Assembly: GCA_030704615.1 (NCBI GenBank)
Contig: CM060733.1
Location: 20,460,001 to 20,524,000 of the forward strand
Direction: 5' to 3'
DNA length: 64,000 bases
From: Takakia lepidozioides
Taxonomy: Eukaryota > Plantae > Bryophyta
In this document: positions 38,420-51,991 of the stretch, one piece after another
Layout of the letters: each line of letters begins with the position of its first letter
Numbering within the stretch: position 1 is the stretch's first letter
Made by a program: the position numbers and the translations under genes
Notes under the pieces: model-generated
Seen by the model: only the letters and a program-made list of their open reading frames with translations
Told to the model about the DNA's origin: nothing
Database searches by the model: none

Positions 38420-40534
38420 TCATGAACTAGATTGCAACCGAATGCACTTATAGGCCATAACCAAAATCGCTCCAGGGGGTAGAGGTATGACCTTCAGGAA
38501 ACCGCCCCCCAGCCAGAGCGCCAGAACAAGAATTGCTGCGGTGGTATCATAAGTTTTCCCAAACACACGAGTGGTCACTGTAAGGGCAACTGCGACCGCA
38601 AGACCCCTCTCTCCACCCATCAGCCATGCCACACCTGAGGCCACCCTGTAGCCTGTTGCCAAGTGGCGCCACAGCGCCAATGCAGTGACCAGCAGTGTCA
38701 ACGCAGTTTGAGCACCCAGAGCATGCCACGTAACTGAAACAACCCACAAAAAAAGCACTGCTTCTCTACTCACTCTGTACCACTCCACTGCCCAGTCTCT
38801 TTGGGCTCGTGATTGGCCCTTGGACGTTCTGCATTTGTAGTCCTCAGCAGAGTCCCCCTCTCTATATCTGAAAGCTGCTGTGTTGGCACCCCTGTAGCAA
38901 GCACTTTCATCATTACCTGTCCACATCCGATTGGAGTATTCCCATTCCCTGACATCACATGTGACTCGTCTGTATTGGTTCCTATTCTGATAACCCGCTC
39001 GGGGCTTCGCCTCTCTTTTCAAACGAACATCACGTCTTTGATAGACCTGTTTTCTCCTTGATGTACTAACTTCATCTCGCAACAAGGTGTCATACATCCT
39101 CCTGCTGTCCTCATCAGATAAAACCTGCTTGCAGACAGACAATCAGTCAGTGCCGGGCTTGAGCTTCAAACATGACAATGCCCCTATTTGGCATCAAACC
39201 AGAACAAGGTGAACCCATTTTCCATGAACCTCTCTGATCCATTCATAAGTCAGCATGAAGGGCTCACAGTGACTGCACCTCATAAGCAAGAAGAATGCTC
39301 TTGAATTTTTCATCAGCGTCCACGTCCTTGTTCACATCAGGGTGATACTGCACACACCAGTCTGCCACTGTTGTAAATCCAAATTTAGTCCCTGAATGGA
39401 GAAATAGAGAAGAAGGCATCTCACTGAAATTGAGATTGTTGAGGGACATGTTGTTTATCATTGTACATTTGACCTAACATACACTTAACATTGGAAGCAA
39501 ACCTGGCGGGCAAGCCGGCGGAATGCAGTCTTGATGGCAGTGGCTGTAGCATGGCGGCGGAGACCTAATACTCTGTAGTGGTCCTCTCTGGTGCTCCCAT
39601 CCTTTTCCCTCCCTGCTGCACACCTAACCCTAATTGCCTTTGATTTTGACCAAGTAGCCGATTCTCGGGGGCGCTTCTGTGCTCTGAATTGAACAAGTTG
39701 TGCTCCATATAATTCCCCAGCCCTTCTGACACTTAGATAGCTGCATTAAAAAAAACACGAGATTCTGCTGTGTGTTGAAAAGAGCATTTAGACGACAGTT
39801 TATTTTGTGAATATTAATGCAGCTGGCCCTGGTTACGTCTTCGACAAAAGCCAGCCAGAATCCTTCTGTCCCCACTGGCATTTCGCACTCAATCCTCGAC
39901 CGTTTTTCACTCAAGAATGGGCTAATCAGAGACAGATGAAGAACATGAACACTCTGAGATGCTACCTGTGATTCTTGCAAAAGCACATCCTCCTCCAAGT
40001 CCTTCAAGAACGCACTAGTTTACTTAAAATGTCCATAATCTCGATTCCTTTTTGCCTTGAACTATTTTGCCATGTAAGAGACCTGGGGAAGCAAGGGGCA
40101 TCTAGTAGTGGCTTCTTCCCGGAGTGTCACCGACCTGATATCACTTCAAGTCTGTGACGCTGTGTGTAACATTGTAACGGCTTCAAGCTCACCACTCCAT
40201 CCCAGTATCACGAATTTCACCAACAAAATCCTTTCCCCACATACACGCAATTCCAAACACTACCAACCTTGACAACAACATCTTCACGACCTGCAACTGG
40301 TGTACCGAAGAATATTTCACTGTACCTGTGGGTCCCTCGGAGCGCGACCTCTGTGGCCTTCGAGTGGAATCCATGGCAGGTCTGGCCTCTGCTTTGCTGC
40401 GACAAACAAGAGTGACAACTCAAACCTGGACTTGATGTAGAATCCCCACGACACCTGTAATCTTCAATCACCCAGGAGAAGGGCAGAGGCGATGATCTAG
40501 AAAGCTGGTGGTGATGGAAGGCTGCGACCCCCAT
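38420..40534 (-). CDS. DnaJ (J-domain) protein with C-terminal transmembrane segments, possibly organelle-targeted
   Basis: Spliced J domain EDHYRVLGL...IKTAFRRLARQ / YHPDVNKD...KFKSILLAYE / VLSDEDSRRMYD. Hydrophobic C-terminus in 38420-39124. The 5' exon boundaries are approximate. Confidence 0.85.
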
Positions 40535-41593
40535 ATCCCGCCCGATGCGTCACCTCTATCCTAGGAGGTCGAGCACAGTGCCAGGAATTTGGCTCCCAAT
40601 ACAGCACACTTCATCACATTTCCGCAATTTCCAACCCTAGTGGAAATTTCCGCTTGGACCTTTGGAGGCATATGTGGGGATGATTCTGAAAGGATCAACA
40701 AAAAGGTACTGACCAGATTTCAAGGTTGTAAGTTGCAACAGCTGAGAAAACCACAGGAAATGTGCCCTCCAGGACCTACAGCTCAAATTCATCTTTTGAG
40801 GGATAAGAAGCTTGCCCTGGTTCTGCTATTCACACTGAGGTATAGAGCTTCGATCTCCATGACAAGGAAGCAGGAGGCGGGTTGTACCAATTGCATGGTC
40901 CAGAGGTAGTAGACAGTCTGTGGTTCTACAGGAGATAAGGGTCAGAGCTGCATCTATTCCTCCGGAATTTTTCACTATTGAGAGAAAAGGCTGTCCATCA
41001 CAAGAAGTTGGTAAAATATAAAGAAACAAGTTGAGGTGTCCTGCATCAAGACAAGAACAAAGCCACCAACCATTTATTATGCCCTTGAAAGCACCAGTGG
41101 GTTCCCATGGGAACCTTATTTGGAGTTGTGTCATCAAGGTCAATGGCATCCCCTACTCCAGGCCTTCCTGCTCAGCTGAGGTGCAACAAGATTTGGAGTC
41201 TCATAGTATCCCACAGCACCTAAAAGTTTTCCAGTTTTGGATCAGACATGCAATTCAGACTCTGACTCTTACAGTTCGAATCCCCAGAAGGCTGCTCATA
41301 GAATTCTGCAATTGACGCTCTTCAGTACAGGGATCTATCTGCACAGACTCAACTTTTGGTGGGGAGATTTATTTCCAAGTACAGCACCTGACTAAGTTCG
41401 CTTTTTAGGTTCCAATAGATCAGCATATGTGCACCAACAATTTGGGGCATGGATGTACTATTTGTCTTGTGTGTCAGTGATTGAACCATGGATGTGGTCT
41501 AAAATGCAGCGGGAAAGCTTATATGTAAAACACATCACAAAGACGAAACCATACATGATTAGCATATCAAAACGTAATGTGACCAATTTCCTA

Positions 41594-44500
41594 TCACCAA
41601 CACATCTGCCAGCGATCATATCTGCCTGACAAATCAATTTGACTGCCATCCACGTCTGCTCGCTGTTGTCTCTTGGACTCGTCAGATTTGTCATCACTTA
41701 GGCAACCCCGCCCATCAAAATGATGTCCACTACTTGATGACGGTTGCTCTCCCTCTATGCCCTTGCCCATAGTCATGAAACTCTTTGATTTGCGATGTCT
41801 ACTTAATAAGCTCCTTTCAGTCCTCCGGCTCGTGCTGGCCTCCCTGAACACATGGTTCGTCGCCATTACAGGAATAACAGAGTCTCTGTCAGCTTGCGTG
41901 TTGGCCTGCCCTTCTGCACTCCCTGCTGTCTGAAGTTTGGTTCCTTGATCTTGACATTTGTGGTCCTTCACATGTTGGTCAGAGGAAGCTCTCAGTTGAC
42001 TTGATGTGACATGACCTTGTCGTTGCCTTACACCTGCCCGAAGCTTGCGCCCTGACTCCTTGTGGAATTCATTTCTTTCATTGCTCGCTGGCACGTTGAC
42101 CTCATTGTACACGACAACACTGTCATAAGCATTCATTGTGAAGGGGCTGTCTGCAAAGCATCTGTTCGATTATAACCTGTGTCAGCTTAACTGAGAGGGA
42201 AGGTTTCAGAAAGTACATAAACATAAGAGAGACAGACCTGCAACTGGTCCAAGAGGTGTAGGTGATCAATGGCAGTTCTGCCACTATGGCTGCTAGTGCT
42301 CCAACTTACAAATAGCAGGAACACATACTAAATCCCCCAAACCCACAGCAATGCACAGCATGTGAATATTGCGCAAGGCAAGTCATAGGATTCCAGAAAC
42401 ACATTCATGCAAGTGCAAACAGAGAAAAAATTTGGCCAGACAAACCGGCAAATGTATACCTCAACTCGTGCCAGAATGTTGATGCCTTGTCTCCCAGAAA
42501 CCGCTCCAGGTCTTTTATACCCCTCTCGTCAACAACCTCCGCTGCATTCTCCACTTCGATATTTCCCCTGCTTGACTGACTGACGCACTCAGATTTTTCT
42601 TGTGAAGTATTGGTCAAGTGATCCATGAACCTGAACCAAAGGCTGAGCACAAAATGGACAAGAAGAGAAGGGTCTGGATCCCGCAGCAAAACCCGTAGCT
42701 CGCGGTGAATCCATGGCTTCAATCGCCGATCTGCTCTTGCCTTGGCATCTGGATCATGAAGTGTAGCCTGCATGTACTTAGGGCTTAAAATTATTTGTCT
42801 CACTTTCGCAGGGATATCATCTCTCTGTAGCAGGTTAGCCCTTGAACCCCCACAAATTGGCCAGAGAGACAACTGCATTTCTAGTCCAACATGGAAAAGA
42901 TGCAATGTAAGAGACAGTGTTCAAAGGACCAGCCTTGGAGGGAACTTACTTTGGTAGGAGCTGCCCGCCCTTTAATGTTGAAACGACGAGCTTTCAACCC
43001 CTTCTCATAAATGCTGGGGACAGTATGGAACACATGACCACATCAGTAGGATGCAAATGGAGACCAAACCCGGCCAGACAGTCTTGGTGTATCCCCTACT
43101 TCGATTATCCTACTCCTGTAACCGTCGCATGCAGGAATGGGGACTGAAAATGAAAAAGCAAGATGCACTAGAAGGTGCATTCATGAAAGTAGCCATCCAC
43201 AATCAGTGTTGCATGACTTTGCAACCAAATGCAGTATCTGCGGCCAAGTTCGAAAATGAAACAAACAACACTCCCTGCGACTTGTCCATAGCCAAAGCAT
43301 GATGTGCTGTCAAAAAGGGAGAACCTACAAATGTAATGTTATTGGGCATAGTGCTTTTCGGTATCTTATCAGCTATACCTTGATCGCCATCGCATCCTCA
43401 CAGCTTCCAGTTCCTCAACTCTCTCCCTATCAGTGCCCCGCCATGCATGTGATCCAAATGAGCGTTGTGTTGGAAAAGGGACCAGCCGTCCCAAAGCTTC
43501 TGGCCTGCTTTCATAGGCTGAATTCTGTAGCCTCAGCTGAAATGGCTGCCTCACTCTCCCCCTCCCTTGACCCCTGTAAGCAAAAAAAATCTGTGAGACA
43601 TGAAATGTATAGGTCTCTCACTAAGGCGTGTAGCATGGACAGCAAATACAGCCAATCATCTTCTTACACTGCCCTCAAGTCGGTTAGCTTCCTCTCCAGG
43701 TGCAAGGATTCTATAGAGTATTGTGACACAAACAAGATTGGGATGCCTGAGAATGTTATTTTCCCACCCATGAGACTGGATTGTCCATTAATCACCACTG
43801 CCTTCACAAGGTCAATACAAACCTTCAAATTTCAAGTGCCTTTTAATCCAAAATAGATTAAGGTCCCACACCAACTTCCAAGAATCTCATAGCCCATCAC
43901 TAGAAACCTGTCTGAGATTTCCATAGGTATTTGAGTACAAGCTTCTCACCAATTACCAAAAACTGAGATTTATAAGTACTAACCTTTGAAAACCTAGTCC
44001 CCATGGACGTGTTCTAGAATTTGTATGATTGGTGGCATTGTCTCGTGCAATGTCCTCCCTGGCCACAGGCGCTAATACTCTCTCCTCAAATTCCCCAGTG
44101 CCTTGTATATTGAAGAACCATCCACTGAATTCAGCTTTGCAGAGTGGACATACCCGACGCACTCTACTCCATTCTTCTATACAATGCCTACAAAACTTGT
44201 GCATACACCACCATAGAACCGCACCTCTTTCTTCCTTAATGTTCCCCAAGCAAATTGCGCACATGGATTCCTGACTCGAAGAGACGACTACGGCGTCGGA
44301 CTCAAACCCTGTCGGGAGTTTCCTCGACTCGGTATCTACATTACTGCGGAGCCTGTTTCGTTGTAAGTTCCGGGTTTTCTGGACATGTTGCCGAGTTTCC
44401 TCCAGATTGCACATAGATGATGACGTACACGTTGCCATACCACCACTCCGTATATTGTCCTCGGATTGAACCCCAACACAATCTACCTCTGGGTTTCCTT

Positions 44501-44759
44501 CCGCTCTGCTTTTAGATCCACATTTACTCTTCTTCATTGCACAAACCTCCGATGAAGGAAATTCAACATTGCCCCTTTTTCGCAACTGGCCACGAGGCCC
44601 ATTATCGGATTGGCCCACTCCAGTTTTTTGCCACTTTTCCTCTGCTGTCATCGAGGAACAAGCCGATGAAGTCACACCGGGCAGGTCAGAAGATGAAGAA
44701 AGACAAGCCCAGCAACGGGCGCTCGGCAGCCACACATGCTGTAATGCTTCCACTGCCAT
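41594..44759 (-). CDS. RING-HC E3 ubiquitin ligase, Topors-like
   Basis: RING motif CAICLG...CMHKFCRHCIEEW...CPLCK, plus LKPWIHRELRVLL and FLGDKASTFWHELR typical of Topors-like proteins. About 5 exons. First ATG at 44759. Confidence 0.82.
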
Positions 44760-44814
44760 CTCGTGCACCAAGCTTATCCAACACCCTGATCCTAGATTAT
44801 CATGAATCCCTGCA

Positions 44815-45210
44815 AAAGCCTCGCATATTCCGCAGTCACATCTGCAAGTAACCTAATTCTCATCACTGAAGACAAAATCGAGCTTCACATCATGAAATCC
44901 TATGCAGCTCATGCATCTGACTCCGCAGTGACATCTGCAAGTAACCTAATTCTCTTCACTGAAGACAAAGTCGAGCTTCAAATCATGAAATCCTATGCAG
45001 CTCATGCATCTGCCTTCGCAGTGACATCTGCAAGTAACCTAATTCTCATCACTGAAGACAAAATCGAGCTTCAAATCATGAAATCCTATGCAGCTCATGC
45101 ATCTGACTCCGCAGTGACATCTGCAAGTAACCTAATTCTCATCACTGAAGACAAAATCGAGCTTCAAACAACGAAATCCTGTGCAGCTCATGCATCTGAG
45201 TCCGCAGTGC
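44815..45210. repeat. 93-bp tandem repeat (about 4.3 units) immediately upstream of the RING gene
   Basis: Unit CATGAAATCCTATGCAGCTCATGCATCTGACTCCGCAGTGACATCTGCAAGTAACCTAATTCTCATCACTGAAGACAAAATCGAGCTTCAAAT, repeated with few substitutions. Confidence 0.95.
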
Positions 45211-46123
45211 AGTAGGATTTTTCGAAGGACCAGCAAAGGCCTGTGAACTGTGAACCCTCAACACAACACAGCACCAGTCGCTGGCATCAAAACCTTTGGC
45301 ATCAACCCATGTTCTCAGTGTCCCCCGAGTTCCCAGACCCTCAAACAAGGGAACGGCCTCTGGACAAAACTGACCTAATTTTTGAACTGAGGAACCCTAC
45401 AAATTTGTAAGATTACCTGCCAGCCTGGCAGGACCTCATAAGGGTACCTCGCCACGTGGACGAAAGTTATGGTTAAGGACGTACCCTATGTCAATTAGGT
45501 AAATATTTTAGGAACCGTTAGGCCGCTAGGGATTCCAGCCTGGAAGACTCCCTATCACCGGCTTGGAGATGGCCATGAATGCCAACCAGTGCAAGAGGTA
45601 GGTTGAGCCTTTTGAGGTAGAGACTAGAGACTTGTATGTAAATGGTCCTAATAATGCTCACTTTCAGCATGCACCTCACATTTTGCTTAACCTAATGGAA
45701 TTTCAGTTTTTCTTTTGCATGGGTCTTTTTTTCTTACAGTTGGCAACCCATACATATTTTTCATTATGTGAAATCTATAAAATTGAGAATAACCCATCAG
45801 GTTTTCATGCAATGGGTATGGGATCTCTAGAAACATAGAAAAATCCCTAATATTGCGCACTTGATTGCGCGCGCAATCAAATGCGCGATATTAGGACCAA
45901 ACACATTTTCTTTTCTTCAGTTTATGATCATTGATCCCGGAATGAGATACATTGCTACAACCAACAATGTATGAAATCTCTTGACTTGGAACCAAACATC
46001 CAAAGGCCAATAAGTATTTGTACTTCATAAGACACAAAGGACAATGTCAAGCCTCTCTGGCTCTCTCTCCAGTTGGCACTAGTGGGTTCAAACCCCACAC
46101 TTGGCTCCACAAGGGACTATACC

Positions 46124-46550
46124 CACTGCAGGAAAAAAAAAAAAAGGTGTCCGACGCCGCAGCCACGCCGCGGCGTCGTAAAACAGCCCTTTTCGGGCGG
46201 GAAAAAAAACCAAATTTGCGACGTCCGGGCGTCGCAAGGGCGTCCCCAAAAAAACGTCGCAAATTTGTGACAAATGGGGTCGCAAATATGCAAAACCGCG
46301 ATTTAAATTAAAAAATTAAAAAAAATTCCGACGTCGGGGCGTCGCAAGAAAAAAAAATCCGTCGCAATGAGGGCCCTCTTTCCCCCTTCATGCCACCTTA
46401 CGACGGTTGGGCGTCGTAATGATGTTGCAGCGGGGGATTGCGACGGCGGGACGTCGCAAAGAAACGCCGCGGGCTCGGCGTCGCGGGCTCGGCGCCGCGC
46501 GGCTGGCGTCGCCCCCCCCCCCCCCCCCCCCGCCCCCATTTGCTGTAGTG
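46124..46550. mobile_element. Non-autonomous CACTA-type element nested in the pogo element
   Basis: Ends CACTGCAGGAAA / TTTGCTGTAGTG. 3-bp TSD ACC at 46121-46123 and 46551-46553. Many subterminal GCGACG/CGTCGC motifs. Confidence 0.85.
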
Positions 46551-48069
46551 ACCATCATGGTAAAAGTCACAACTAAAATTGCAGGATAGCCAATGGCTGC
46601 ATTCTCACTATAGCTGACAGGAGAAACAAAGGAGCACCGCAGATACAACCTATCTCGCTATGCCTTAAATCTTATTTTTGGAAAGAAATTGAAAGTGTAA
46701 GCAGATCCCCAGAATATCCAGTTCATGTTGTCTTTCCAGCTTCACAGCTCAGGTTTGGAGACATAATCAAACCCCCTCAAAATCCACTTTTTGGAACAAA
46801 GGCTGTTGTTTTCACAATGACTTCATTTGCAATGTGAGGACTCTCGTACAGCTTTACTTTTGCGCATGAAACGGCTTACACAGAAATAACAATGAAGGTG
46901 AGAATAATCAATAAGACAACCAGAAAGACAATCGTCATCACGTCCCTTCTATCCAGCCTTCTTCATCACGATAGCCAACCTTTGGTAAATGGATCACAAG
47001 TAGGTCCAATCAGCTCCCATTTCACAAACAAGAGAGACAACCATGACCATATCACATGGAGACAACATCCTACTCTGCTGGTCAGGGGAGAGGACGGATG
47101 GAAGAAAGAGACCCATAACTACGTGAGTTTGAGAGTCCAGTTATGATTGTCTACTAGGCTGGCAACCCAATCAAACAACCGAGTAGGCAATGGTGAGAAA
47201 GCACCTGTCCAGACAACTCCTCGTGATTGATGAGTCCGACACCACCCAAGCGCTCCACGCTAGCACTCAGCTCATCCAGATCCTCATCTTGTTTCCTACA
47301 ACCACACATGCAAGCTTCAACATAGAAGTACTCATTCCCACAAAAAAAACTTAGGTTTTAGGAGCAGAAATTTGTTGTCGGAAGAAACTCAGTAAATCCT
47401 CGAAAAATCAATGGACTGTGCAAATTATATCTGAAGAGCAGGCATTCGAAAGTTTGCCTTAAGATGGAATGGATGAGCATGAATTGGGTCGAGAGGTGGG
47501 TGTTAGACAAAGATACAAACACAAGCACAAGATATACGTAGTCATGAAAACAAAACCATCACATCATGTCTCTGTAAGATAAGTCTTCTATCCTCATGTA
47601 CAACAGTGCCATCCATTTCTCCAGAACACGTGTTCAAACCACCTTGTCTAGTTCAGCACTTCTCTATAGCTTGCTTCCTAGTTCCAAGTGAGTTTTTAGC
47701 TAGAGCTTGCTGCAATAAGCTGGATTTGGATCCTCTTCCGCCTCAAGGGGCCACGGGGTGAAGTGTATCAAATCTGCAGCCAGGGCGAATGTGTAAACAA
47801 CCAACTCACCTAATTATAAGTGCCTGTCAAATCAAATTCATTGGCAAGAAAACTATCATGCACAGTTTGAGTGGTCTTTGATTCAGAGAGGCCGGCTCAC
47901 CACCTGCAACATATCTGTGCCACCACCTACCAAAAAAAGGCCCAACCTTAGAACATGTGGAATATCTTTCAAGCATATATTTATATACTACCCTAAAAAG
48001 AGCCTTAAGTGAAGCTAACACATTTATGAGGTACGTGGTGTTCAATAACACCATTGTAACATAAACTCC

Positions 48070-50011
48070 TTAGGTACCCGGAGGCAGCAAAGGTGGAGGT
48101 AAACTTTGTTCCACCGATTCCTTCACTGCTTGCCTATATCTTATGTCGATGGAGTCTTCGTCACAGTCACAGTCTTGAGGAGCACTTACCTCCTTACCTT
48201 TGTGTCGAGTCCGCCCAGATGATGAAGCAGCTTTGCTCTTCCGTGCTGCTTCTTTCTCCGCCCTTACCCTCTTACGAATTGCTTTGGCAATCTCTTTCTG
48301 TTGATGTAGTTCTTCTTGCCTTTTAAGACGTTCAGCTTGCTTTTGTTCTTTGTCTTTGGCCCTCTGGAGGCGGCCAACTTCCAATTTCTCAAGTCTTTTT
48401 TTCTTCGTTTCCTCTATATCAAGTTTGCGTTGTTGGCCAGCTAAGACCTTTGCTTCCTTCTGCAACCGCTGCTCTCTCAAATACTCCTCATACTTCGGGC
48501 CAGTGATGCACGCTTGCGATGCAATAGTATGCCCTCTATCTTCTATAATACGAGGTGGCGGGAGGCTTGGTAATGTAAGAAGATCCACAAGTGTCGGCCT
48601 AGGCTCATCAATGCTAAGTTGTGACACCCGTTGTGATAACTCTTCTTCTTCACTAAAGACCATCATGTCCAAGAGAGACTCTGGTGGAATTTCAATGTTG
48701 TCATTGAGAGGGCTCTCATGGGTTGATTCTTCGTCAGACGCTGAGTCTTCATGATGCCCTGAACTTGAGGTTGAACCCCTGTCAAGGTCATTGGAGTCAA
48801 ATATTGTACTTGGGCCCATATGAGAGTCAAGAGCATGTGGATCTAATGGAAATATCCCTGTTTTGTGGAACCTTGCTTTAACGTTCTCCACAGTGCAAGC
48901 TGCCTCTGGGGCCTGAGATGCCAAAGTTGCCAATGCCACTTTATTGCCATTGCCATTCAACCACTTTGGGTTCGCTACAATCATCTCTTCCCGCAGCTGG
49001 CCAAACCTCAGCTTGAATGCTCGGAAGACTGCCACATCCAATGGTTGAAGCCTATGTGAAGTGTGAGGGGGTAGTAGGGCCACTTGTAAACCCATATCTC
49101 GCGCAATTTTCATAGCCTCTTCTGTGAGATGACTTCCATGGCCATCCAATAGGAGAAAATGTGGGTTGTCAGGACTTACTCCTCCAGGCACAGACTGCTG
49201 AAAAGTGCTTTAACCACTCAATGAACAGGTCATTATTCATCCACCCACTTGGCTGCACACTCATTCTTGCCGCTACTTCGCAGTTGATGATATAGTTCTC
49301 ACGAATTGAATTTCCAGAAAAAATGTATTGAGATGGTATCCGTTGTCCACTTGCATTGATGCAAACTACAACTATCAGCCATTCTCGATTACCAGAACTC
49401 CTAGTCAAAACTGCCTTGCTTCCTTTCCTTGCAATGACTTTGGCTCCACCAATCTTTATGCTTGCTGAAAGTCCTGTTTCGTCGACATTCCACACATGAG
49501 ATGGTAAGAACTTGGACCTGGCATATGTTTCACCAATGAACTTGTAGAAGATACTACATCGCTCTGGACTCACATTCTTTGTTCTCTTAGCATCGAGGCC
49601 TTGTGGCGTCCGCAAAACAAGATGTGGGTGCCTCAATTGGAAAAACCTCCACCATTTATTCCCGGGCATTCCAGCTTTGAAAGGTGTGGAACGACCTTCA
49701 CAAATTTGCTTGACTTTGCTTTTTAACATCTGCAAAAATACAAAATGGGCTACAACTTGCATATCCTCACACCATTTCACCAGTGCACTTTCTTCATCTG
49801 GTCTCAAAGCAGTGGGTGGGCCAAGTTTCCTGGATGTCACCTTCTTTGTTTTCCAACTGCGGATGGTAGATTCAGGAATGTTGTACAATCTTGCAGCTGC
49901 GCGAAGGCCCATTTGCCCTGACTGAATGCTTTCGAGAGCTTCTTTCATTGATTCTTCTGTCCACTTGCCACGCTCCTTACATTTTCGTTTGAATCTCGGG
50001 GCAAGTGTCAT
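48070..50011 (-). CDS. pogo/Fot-like transposase (HTH_psq + CENP-B-type HTH + DDE_1) with a single frameshift
   Basis: KWTEESMKEALE...GLRAAARLYNIPESTIR, WWRFFQLRHP, WNVDETG, LLLDGHGSH and LQPLD, with 35 residues between the last two Asp. One extra base in the A4 run at 49201-49204. Confidence 0.9.
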
Positions 50012-51599
50012 GACACGATGAACTCTCTTCCCCCACACTAAGGGAGAAGACCCCTTGCACGCTTTCACCATTTTGTGCTACCTTATTCACCCTATTCTCC
50101 CTTAGCACATGTACACCTAGAAACAGAGTGGATACATCTCCCTTGTCACACGTTAAACAATTGGCAAGCATATCCACCCTGTATTTTGCTTCAGCTTCAG
50201 AAGGACCTGCCACTTGCGGCCTAAAATCATAGGCGTTCCAAGCTTGGGACCCTTGTTGGCCTCCACACCAATTTTTCTGTCCTTAGATCTTTGCCGTGAC
50301 CCTTCACCTATAGCAATCCTGACAGTTCATTGGGAAGCAGCTATGCCACTGCCTTCTAGTATGCCTTGTCTGTACTTTTGTGGAAGATCTCTTGATTTAC
50401 TAGAAAAACCTGCCCAATAGACAGCATGGCCCTTATGTTCAGTGCATGTATGTGCATTGTATTTAGATATGTAAATCTCTACGTAAAATATAGACCCACA
50501 TATGTAATAGTTTGTACATGTGTGTCAGTGAATTTGACCACATTCCTACACTCAACGATCTTGCTCTTCCGTTGCAAACTTACTGAATGAATGCATGGGC
50601 ACTTCAAACCTTCAGATAACCTCCAATGCCAAGGCAGGGCAGAGGACACTCAAGTGCATATACAACTCACATGAGGCAGCTAAAAGCTGTTATATCCATG
50701 GGGCTGACAGCTAAGCCGCTACATCAAGAAACATCTATTCAACTTGCAACATGGCTGACTACCTTAAGGATGATTTGAAGGGCCTAGCTACAATCAGCAC
50801 TAGACTAAAATCTAAATTGCGGGTGGGAGTCTACCTTAGAACAATAAACAGATGCAGAGAAGAAGAGGACAATGCCAATGCGGGCTGTGTGGTTGGCAAT
50901 ATTCATTTTTTGACCCTGCTGCCATGACCCGTTTGGGAGCTAGAGGCTAACGTCAGTAAATATGTTGCGGTGGCATTCAACGACAAAAATCCTTCCATCA
51001 CAGGTAATCTGGAGCTTGAAATCCGGCCCTCTTACACCAACGAGCTAACTTGCAGAATTCAACATGGAAATTTAGGGTCGATTCTGACAAGATGGAAAAA
51101 CAGGGTGAAATGTGTTGAAGAAGGTGCCTTCATTAGCAGTGCCTTGTTCTATCAATTGTGATGTTGCCACTGCTGTTTCCAGTTGACCATTCGTGGCTGC
51201 ATCCTCATTGTCACTCCATTGTTGTAGATGTAAGGTTCACGATTTTGAGTATGAGACAAACCGCATAACCGCATCGACCTGTTTCATGGATATTTTGTGG
51301 AAAATGTGATGGCAACTATTTTTATGAAGATCTGATGGAGACCTTGTATGTAATTGTTTTGCCAGATCGATGGAGTTCACGCCATGGCAATGCCCAATCT
51401 CATGACAATCAGCTGTGGGGAGCAGAGGCGGGAAGCAAGAAGCATGAAGCGCGTGGATGAATGCATGGAAGTGACAGGTAGAATGTGGATGGAATGTTCT
51501 GGATGATAACGTATAACATTCATCCAAACTACGCAATCAGGTGCGTAGTATTGGGAACATTGTTGCGAACTGCGCATTATTAGGACCATTTACCATAAT

Positions 51600-51991
51600 G
51601 GCCACTTTAGACTACGGACCAAGACCAAGAAAGCTCATGACCAATTTGCTTCAAATTGCTTCATAAATTGGTTCCTAGATGCATGTTAAAATATTACTAT
51701 CCTAGGGACCAAAGGCCTTGGGACCAAGACCAAGAAACTTAAAATGAGGTGTATCAATTTCCATCACATTCACCTTTCCAATTTGACATTCGAGATTGAT
51801 CTAACAGGCGGTCAAGATCATGTGAGAAAATTATAGTTTAATGTTTCCATACTTGGTCCAGGGTTCAAGAATTGGTCCTCCAAACTACATGGGTTCCTTT
51901 CTTGGTCCCTAGACCAACAATCTCCCAACACTTAGACGCCGACATGTCATTCCTAACTTTGTTGGTCTTGGTCCGTAAAGCCAATATGACC
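51600..51991. mobile_element. Probable MITE abutting the pogo right end
   Basis: Inverted TACGGACCAAGACCAA (about 51613) / TTGGTCTTGGTCCGTA (about 51962), with internal GGACCAA/TTGGTCC repeats. Outer ends and TSD are degenerate. Confidence 0.55.

Larger units (their letters stand above)
45637..51595 (-). mobile_element. Complete pogo-superfamily (Fot-like, DD35D) DNA transposon, about 6 kb
   Basis: 20-bp perfect TIR core GTAAATGGTCCTAATAATGC (45638-45657) with its reverse complement at 51574-51593. Flanked by TA at 45635-45636 and 51596-51597. Internal transposase ORF. Confidence 0.85.

Noticed and set aside
44802-45215. 137-aa plus-strand repeat protein, or a C/D snoRNA cluster on the minus strand
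   Set aside because: The ORF is open simply because the unit is 93 bp with no stop in that frame. A GTGATGA C-box-like motif is present but the D box reads TTGA rather than CTGA, and I see no guide complementarity.
46070-46100. tRNA gene or SINE (GGGTTCAAACCCC); similar motif near 52940
   Set aside because: Only a B-box-like motif, with no properly spaced A box or cloverleaf.
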